NCBI GenBank assembly: GCA_964645485.1
Contig: CAZXZO010000012.1
Location: forward strand, 39,509 to 51,045
DNA: 11,537 nucleotides
Direction: 5' to 3'
Origin: an uncultured Candidatus Poseidoniales archaeon
GTDB lineage: Archaea; Thermoplasmatota; Poseidoniia; Poseidoniales; Thalassarchaeaceae
The notes beneath the pieces are model-generated. The model was not told the DNA's origin. It did not search any database and saw nothing but the letters and a program-made list of their open reading frames with translations. Below, one piece after another: positions 6,701-11,537 of this stretch. The position numbers and the translations under genes were made by a program. Numbering within the stretch: the stretch's first letter is position 1; the number at the start of each line of letters is the position of its first letter.

Positions 6701-7398
6701 GGTTAGAATATGCATTGAATAATGAAACATCAAGCCCAATTGATTCGCAATATGTTGCGATTCAAGTTTGGACTTCAACCGATGCTGTCAATGAGAATTT
6801 GAGTATTAATCCGGTTACGGGAAATAATTTCCTTCACATTAGATTGACTGGAGTCCCTGATGACGGTGCTTCAATTAGTCGAAATTGGACCTCAGTTTGG
6901 GTTGTATACTCAATTGGTGATGGCACAAATCAAAATGGTTCAGAAAATGGTACTAATAACAACCCTGATTCAGATGGAGATGGTGTAATTGATTCAATGG
7001 ATAATTGTCCTAATGAGCATGGGACGATAGCGAATCAAGGATGCCCAGCGACAGATGATACATCTAATCAGACTGGCAATGAGGAAACTAATCTAGATGA
7101 CGAACCAGCCGAAACTGCTGGAATCTGGTATGCGTTAATTGCGGCAATGATTGCAGCAATTGCTATCCTAGCAGTTATGGGGATACGGTATAATCGCAAG
7201 ACAGATAAGATTGTAGAAGGAGTCCATTCAATGGCCCAACCTGATTCCTTTGCCCCACCTTCAACACCACCATCTCCAAACGTGCATTTGCCTTGCAAAA
7301 TGTGTGGAGGATTTGTTCAAGAAGTGATGCATCAAGGAAATCTGTGGACTTGGTGCCCATCTTGTAGGGAATGGCAAGATTTCCTCGGGAAGAAATAA
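3718..7398 (+). CDS. Large single-pass surface protein: signal peptide, 14 WD40-like blades, thrombospondin type 3-like Ca-binding repeats, beta-rich domain, TM helix, cytoplasmic Zn ribbon
   Basis: N-terminal MKSKSLLLVIILIVSS signal (ATG at 3718; the ORF track starts at TTG 3715). WD-like repeats such as LMASAGRDGAIEIWKI and LVTAGWDKQLIMWDV; eight DxDGDG motifs; TM GIWYALIAAMIAAIAILAVMGI (7120-7185); CKMC-x16-CPSC near the C-terminus. Confidence 0.9.
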   Translation: MKSKSLLLVIILIVSSQSIFFSSEIPTIAELDEGEPMSQSVASQWQMTDAPTIQSGWSANTWQPDPKGPLWDLDFSPDATKIAGVEISDNRLFVWNISDGRVLLWIHHSAAIVDVVWLSDEWVLVADSGTNWYSYHVVDNGSSTPHTSTAMRSGQWSDGLTGTYNGFLWGLDASLNHSKVAFCGNINQMNMGGEIVIADLAHFIDGSPPNVQHFFPQYWSVDCAISPSGSMVAAIGRNLTTYSDGNVTYRDVVYGVDVATGGLQWERFVGGDNSSAWAVTWEPGGGSYTIAYNHPLPSQPNVWEGVATAYAEADGSVFWYSPIPQNVSSLRWLPDGSYLGVGLYDPGRISFIDTAGQIQTDFGWHAVKSGLSSLPEDITAVTTATIPAQTTANQLMASAGRDGAIEIWKIDVTTFEILPYRRLGPAHVREIASHPILDLVAIADSSGVVTVRAENGSIDRQCFHPEFGMVVYEIPYAKSVDWINDDAIVAFSDGVIIACNEFSKWSWTFDLRDHKTVGAFGRIAMHQTSNYAAISWSSNTLNTSLDGHVAIIEPMSGQFFNEWQYAESHWTMAFNDFGTILASVGQTGDVRLWNTSDPNPQNWMDDGSPYSHNGYVGVTEWMPGADLLVTAGWDKQLIMWDVQSQSQMQQITLGQEAFAFAELLNEGEIVIATGNAQNSLSGQLEFYDIQNSTLVNTYQVNHIPRGLDVLPSGQALVVVNHSGTMLVLKQDADGDGWIDVDDDFPNDPTQHQDTDGDGWGDDQTQPNGDDCLNTQGSSYQDRNGCPDSDGDGYSDADATWLAHPLGAADAFPNMPTQWRDTDGDGHGDEYSFTVDNDGLRVGESGDAFINDSSQYRDLDGDGCGDNYTYGDDNGMRINEAGDAFVSDPTQCNDFDGDGYGDNYTFTLDTGGLRVEAGDAFPSDNMAWSDLDGDGCPTSSATGLAIDLYPTDSENCDEELPFWLPVNLALLISNDASSWYLDISWDSAADNTDIIRLEYALNNETSSPIDSQYVAIQVWTSTDAVNENLSINPVTGNNFLHIRLTGVPDDGASISRNWTSVWVVYSIGDGTNQNGSENGTNNNPDSDGDGVIDSMDNCPNEHGTIANQGCPATDDTSNQTGNEETNLDDEPAETAGIWYALIAAMIAAIAILAVMGIRYNRKTDKIVEGVHSMAQPDSFAPPSTPPSPNVHLPCKMCGGFVQEVMHQGNLWTWCPSCREWQDFLGKK
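5908..6525 (+). repeat. Protein-level DxDGDG (TSP3-like) calcium-binding repeat array
   Basis: Seven motifs occur in this interval (DADGDG, DTDGDG, DSDGDG, DTDGDG, DLDGDG, DFDGDG, DLDGDG), most followed by D-x-F/C. An eighth lies at 6967-6984. Confidence 0.85.
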
Positions 7399-7421
7399 TC
7401 AACAACAAAGCGCAATTAGAA

Positions 7422-8207
7422 TTAGCGACTAGATTGTGAATATTCATGGTAGTCTACAGTAGGTTGGAGTGAGTCAATAGCAGTTTGAAGTTTAGCACTC
7501 GCCGCTTGTTCTCCAGATTCGATTGATGCGATTTGCTTGCGTATTGATTGCAGTCTAATAGAGAGAGAGTTAGCCACATCCTGTTTTAGTTCGGATGATG
7601 GTTGGATCCAACGTTCTAAAGAGGTGGTGACTTTTTCGACGGATGTTGTGAGCCCACTACTTGAAATGAGAATAAATTCACCTTTCTCAAGATTAACTGG
7701 CCCACATTCTCCGAGTGCATTTTCCAATTTTTTTGCAACTTTTGTTGCTCTCTTTAACGAACCTTTGCATTTTTCAAATGCTTCTACAGAAAGCAGATGA
7801 GCCTCGATATGACCAGTTTTTGCTGCTGTTGAAAACCCATTCAATGCCTTCTTCAAATTACCAATTTGTAAATGTAATCTTCCCATTTGCATAGAATCTT
7901 CAATTTTTAGCGCGGCTTCTGTACCATCTCCAATAAGACCTTCCTTTGCTCTCATTTGAGTTAGTTTAGTGGATTCTTTTGACAAGGTTTTGGCTGCTTT
8001 CATACTCAATTTCCACTTTTGTCTAATTTCTAGAATGTTAGCATGATCTCGCAAAGCGAGTACCAACAGTTCTTGCTTCTGAATTGTTCTCTTCTTTTCG
8101 GATAACAAAAGAGATGTTAACTCCTCAGCCATCACTTCTGAAATTTCTAAACGACCATCAGCAACATAATTTCGTAACTGATTTAGAACTTTGACCGGGT
8201 CATCCAT
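7422..8207 (-). CDS. Hypothetical alpha-helical protein (TPR-like segment, C-terminal coiled coil), about 261 aa
   Basis: Uninterrupted ORF filling the gap between the two large genes, with no signal peptide or TM segment. MGRLHLQIGNLKKALNGFSTA fits a TPR helix pattern. The start is uncertain: GTG 8225, TTG 8216 or ATG 8207. SD GAGGTGA at 8228-8222 favours TTG 8216 or ATG 8207. Confidence 0.75.
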   Translation of the reverse strand: MDDPVKVLNQLRNYVADGRLEISEVMAEELTSLLLSEKKRTIQKQELLVLALRDHANILEIRQKWKLSMKAAKTLSKESTKLTQMRAKEGLIGDGTEAALKIEDSMQMGRLHLQIGNLKKALNGFSTAAKTGHIEAHLLSVEAFEKCKGSLKRATKVAKKLENALGECGPVNLEKGEFILISSSGLTTSVEKVTTSLERWIQPSSELKQDVANSLSIRLQSIRKQIASIESGEQAASAKLQTAIDSLQPTVDYHEYSQSSR

Positions 8208-8309
8208 GCCAAACAAAAGCCTCACCTCACCATGCGAGAGTAGCCATCACGCATTACCACTCCTGTTCTTCGTGTTGTGGAGAGATATACAGAAGAGTAT
8301 TGATAAAAC

Positions 8310-11300
8310 TCAATTTCGGCGTTTTACTGCTCGGCGCTTTGGTTTTTTCTTAGATGTTGGTCGACGTTTCTTCGGTTTCCTCTTTTTCGGGGCTTCCTCT
8401 TCATCATCATCATCATCACCCCAATCATCGTCATCATCAAAGTCATCGTCATCATCAGAGTCCTCATCATCGAAGTCATCTTCCTCTTCTTCGACAACAG
8501 CCTTCTTTCGGCGCTTCTTCTTGTCTGCTTTGTCGGTAGCGAATGGGTCATCTTCATCGTCTAGTGTTTTGGTTTCCTTTGGTCCTTCAAGTTCTGCTAA
8601 GCCAGCATCGGCAGCATCACCTGAACCACCACCATCTCCACCACCCATGAATTCCATCATCCAATCATCTTCTTCGTCAAACTCATCGTCACCCTTCTTC
8701 TTCTTGGATGGGTCTTGAGCCGCTAGTACACCCATCATGATTGCAAAGAATAGTAGTAACAAGTTGAAGGCTGCAACTGCGATGATGATTACGTAAGGTG
8801 GGCTAGTTAGAGAAATTGGGGCCTCAGGCTCCTTTTCACCTTCATTGAATGGGCTGTTACCGCTTTGACAGAGAGTGATTCCACTGATATTTTCAAAACA
8901 GTGGTCTACATAGAAGGTGGTTGTGAATAATTTTTCATTACCCGCAGAATCTTTTGCCATGATTTTCAATATGTGATTCCCTGGGTCTTCAAATGTTGAT
9001 GCAGGTTCTGTCATGCTGAATACTATAGTGTTTGAAGGTGCTCCAAGTGGGGTGATGTCAGTGACGTTCTCCCATTCAAATTCCTCATTGAAAAATTCTC
9101 CCACATTAGTGAATTGGTATTTTACTTCAACAAGTCCAACGTCATCGGTGACGACACCATGAATTTTGATCTCAGTACCATAAAGATACTTGCTTGAAGA
9201 AGATGGTGAAAATAACTCGATAGTTGGTGATTTTGAATCAACTGACCAATTCGTTACAATGAAAGATTGTGAATTTCCAACAATGTCAACCAATGTAGCA
9301 GTGATTGTGACGTTATTTGTATCCATTCCATTTGGAATTGGGAAATCCCAAATGAAGTGAGTATCTGATGCTAAGAATGGTGTGGCGCGTGTAACTTCAC
9401 CTTCTGGAGTGAAGGTAGTGCCAATCGCTGAACCCTCAATGTAGTCCTCTGTATGTACTTGAATCATGGGGAATTCCTCTAGTGGCTCTCCACTATGAAT
9501 ATGCAATCGGTAATCCCCACTCTTGAGTGGTCCACCTGCCATTCCTTCTTCTCCTCCAATGCCGAGTAAAATTTCTACTTCAGGAGGTGTGGTGTCTTCA
9601 TGAACAAGCCAGACGTTGGAACGGTTTGTGACAGAATCTCTTGAATTACCCCATGAATCTGCAATAATAAGGGCATACCAAGCATGGCGGTCTAAGTCCT
9701 CTTCAAGAGATAATTCACGTAAAATTGTGGTTTCAGATGGCAGCGGTAGATAACTGTCAATCATTAATTCCCAGCCCTCGTCATCGGACAAGTTCCCAGT
9801 TTCATTATTTTCAAATGGTGAACCAAGATGACGCCAGATTGAGTAAGTTTCATCCTCTTCAGCCAAGGAATTAATCCAAGATAATAAAATGCTATTTTGG
9901 CCACCTTGAAGCATAGGTTGTGCTAGTTGTACTGGGGCAGGTGGTAGCGTATCTTCACGCAATGACAATTGTATACAATTTTGGATGAAGCGTGTATCTT
10001 CATATGTTGCATTGAGATGATTGTATCTAGAAACTGAGGTTATGCAGTAATAAGAAAGCCTGTCCTTATCTGGTGGAACTGGAACTAACGCGTATTCAAC
10101 ACCATCGGGTACTGTTGCTGCAAGGGTTGCTTCAAGAGTGAGATTACTCGCTGCTGAAAGTTTAGTCCAAGAGTGCCAGATGTGATAATACTCACCTTCT
10201 GCACCCATTTGGTCAGTCCAAGTGACATTTGTCCACCCTCCACCCACATATTCGGCTTGAACATTGGTTGGTTCTGCTACCCATGGGTCGAACGCATTCT
10301 CCATGATAGGCCCGGCTATAGATGAAGGTTGAACTGTGCTGTTGTGATTACCCCTCGCATCAGCGGCGGTTACTGCATAGTATGCATATCCTAGAGTCCC
10401 TCTCTCAACTTCATAGCGGTAGGTAGTAACACCAGAAGGAACCACAGCGATATGTTCGATGTTTGGATCTAAAGTGTCATTGAATGGTGCACCTGATCGC
10501 CATACATGATACATGGCACCAACTTCTTCGGGAATGTCAACCCAGGTTATTGTTGTATTTCCTGTGCCACCAAGTGATTCTGCTATGAACGACGCGTCAA
10601 CGCCTCCAACATTGATAGGAGCGACATTATCTTCAGCAACAGGGAAATCCGCATCCATGGTGTTAACACCTCCAATAAACCGAGTATCTTCGTAACCAAG
10701 ATATGAGTAAGTTACGGAATAATATGCATTTACATCAGTGTCAGGAGGGACATCATATGATGTGCTTGAAACGCCAGCAGGTTCGCTCGCAATCAATGTT
10801 TTTTGCATCCCAAACCAACTCGCTCTCGTGGCTGGAGAAAGGTGTCGATAAATGTTAGAGATGTAGGCATTCGGACCTGTCTCGAGCAATGTGCCAGGTT
10901 GGAGTTGGTTCAGATTAATCCAATCTATTTTTGTTCTACTCGTTTCTGGATAAAATGTAGCATTTACCCCAAAAGGTGCGGTAATATCGTGTGTATTTTC
11001 GGGTATCGGGTCAGGAATATGAGAATATCCTAACTCCATGAATGCCTTGATTGAACCATCTGCTAGTTGAGTAGCCACACCATAATAGAAGGTGCCATTG
11101 ATTCCTGGGGGTAATGGGTGGTTGACTGAATGTTGCTGACCGGGACAACTGACGACATTCCCAGTGCAAGCAGAGATGTTAGCAATGTAAGGTATGCTTC
11201 CATTTTGAATAATGCTAGAATTCATCTGAGATGCACTACGATATACAAGGTACCTGCTTGTCTGAAGCATTTGCGCAATTGTCAAATTTTGCGTTTGAAC

Positions 11301-11480
11301 ATTTTCCCAAATTACAGCAGTTGATTCAGTAAATTCATCAAAAATTGCTTCAATGTTCTGGGCTTGCATATCTTGTGGTGAGGCCTGATCTGCGTCAACC
11401 ACAGGTACGAAAGGTAGCGCAGAAACTAGTAACATGAGTGCAGTTATTAGAATTGATTTACTCTTCAAAATACAGCGCAC
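8310..11480 (-). CDS. Large single-pass surface glycoprotein: signal peptide, five FN3-like repeats, Ig-like domains, TM helix, acidic/basic cytoplasmic tail
   Basis: Signal KSKSILITALMLLVSALPFVPVVDA; repeated P-x-N-V-x-A...T-x-[IV]-x-W...Y-x-[VI]-[WY]-R units; DSKSPTI / DSAGN Ig-like motifs; TM VIIIAVAAFNLLLLFFAIMMGVLAA (8792-8718); many N-x-S/T sequons. The start is probably GTG 11480 (GGAGG 8 nt upstream) rather than TTG 11486 (2 nt from that SD). Confidence 0.9.
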   Translation of the reverse strand: MRCILKSKSILITALMLLVSALPFVPVVDADQASPQDMQAQNIEAIFDEFTESTAVIWENVQTQNLTIAQMLQTSRYLVYRSASQMNSSIIQNGSIPYIANISACTGNVVSCPGQQHSVNHPLPPGINGTFYYGVATQLADGSIKAFMELGYSHIPDPIPENTHDITAPFGVNATFYPETSRTKIDWINLNQLQPGTLLETGPNAYISNIYRHLSPATRASWFGMQKTLIASEPAGVSSTSYDVPPDTDVNAYYSVTYSYLGYEDTRFIGGVNTMDADFPVAEDNVAPINVGGVDASFIAESLGGTGNTTITWVDIPEEVGAMYHVWRSGAPFNDTLDPNIEHIAVVPSGVTTYRYEVERGTLGYAYYAVTAADARGNHNSTVQPSSIAGPIMENAFDPWVAEPTNVQAEYVGGGWTNVTWTDQMGAEGEYYHIWHSWTKLSAASNLTLEATLAATVPDGVEYALVPVPPDKDRLSYYCITSVSRYNHLNATYEDTRFIQNCIQLSLREDTLPPAPVQLAQPMLQGGQNSILLSWINSLAEEDETYSIWRHLGSPFENNETGNLSDDEGWELMIDSYLPLPSETTILRELSLEEDLDRHAWYALIIADSWGNSRDSVTNRSNVWLVHEDTTPPEVEILLGIGGEEGMAGGPLKSGDYRLHIHSGEPLEEFPMIQVHTEDYIEGSAIGTTFTPEGEVTRATPFLASDTHFIWDFPIPNGMDTNNVTITATLVDIVGNSQSFIVTNWSVDSKSPTIELFSPSSSSKYLYGTEIKIHGVVTDDVGLVEVKYQFTNVGEFFNEEFEWENVTDITPLGAPSNTIVFSMTEPASTFEDPGNHILKIMAKDSAGNEKLFTTTFYVDHCFENISGITLCQSGNSPFNEGEKEPEAPISLTSPPYVIIIAVAAFNLLLLFFAIMMGVLAAQDPSKKKKGDDEFDEEDDWMMEFMGGGDGGGSGDAADAGLAELEGPKETKTLDDEDDPFATDKADKKKRRKKAVVEEEEDDFDDEDSDDDDDFDDDDDWGDDDDDEEEAPKKRKPKKRRPTSKKKPKRRAVKRRN
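8394..8492 (+). repeat. Low-complexity (TCA/TCG/TCT)n trinucleotide tract encoding poly-Asp/Glu on the minus strand
   Basis: Runs such as TCATCATCATCATCATCA. On the minus strand, 28 of 33 codons are D or E. Confidence 0.85.
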
Positions 11481-11537
11481 GCTCAATCCCTCCGTAAAGG
11501 GGGGTGGTAACGAAGCGGTTATGAGGCTGACGCATTG

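Noticed and set aside
8232-8254. ATGCG...CGCAT inverted repeat upstream of the 267-aa ORF
   Set aside because: A 5-bp stem with a weak interior. Too unstable to call a regulatory element or terminator.
8313-8390. Nuclear localisation signal (PKKRK) implying eukaryotic origin or contamination
   Set aside because: The context is clearly archaeal (SD sites, no introns, ftsZ-secE-spt5). It is treated as a basic low-complexity block.
8191-8718. 175-aa Ser-rich plus-strand ORF and the His-rich or Met-rich ORFs at 8324-8557
   Set aside because: By-products of the GAT/GAC/GAA codon runs encoding the acidic tail on the minus strand.
3587-11534. Shared TGACGC hexamer upstream of ftsZ (3587-3592) and the FN3 gene (11529-11534)
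   Set aside because: Only 6 bp and two instances, with different spacing to the start codons. It cannot be told apart from chance.
1-11537. tRNA, rRNA, transposase, integrase or defence genes
   Set aside because: None recognised. Coding density leaves only short spacers (the longest about 160 nt) with no cloverleaf or terminal inverted repeats.

Overview
Archaeal chromosomal window with no mobile element, CRISPR array or RNA gene that I can support. The left third is the conserved euryarchaeal minus-strand cluster ftsZ-secE-spt5-rpl11-rpl1-rpl10, with rpl10 running off the left edge. The right two thirds encode two very large single-pass surface proteins. One is a 14-blade WD40-like protein with DxDGDG calcium-binding repeats; the other is an FN3/Ig-like repeat protein. 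A 260-aa helical protein lies between them. This style of surface protein suggests marine Thermoplasmatota (Marine Group II/Poseidoniales or a relative); that assignment is inference. Two core genes are structurally altered: (1) Spt5/NusG carries an in-frame N-terminal Nudix-fold domain whose catalytic glutamates appear lost; (2) L11 is only 101 aa and lacks its proline-rich N-terminal domain, with an in-frame stop just upstream and no room for the missing part. Also notable are a k-turn-like hairpin just before the rpl1 Shine-Dalgarno, and two receptor-like proteins with unusual cytoplasmic tails (a zinc ribbon and an acidic/basic block polyampholyte). I could not run database searches, so all novelty claims are provisional.
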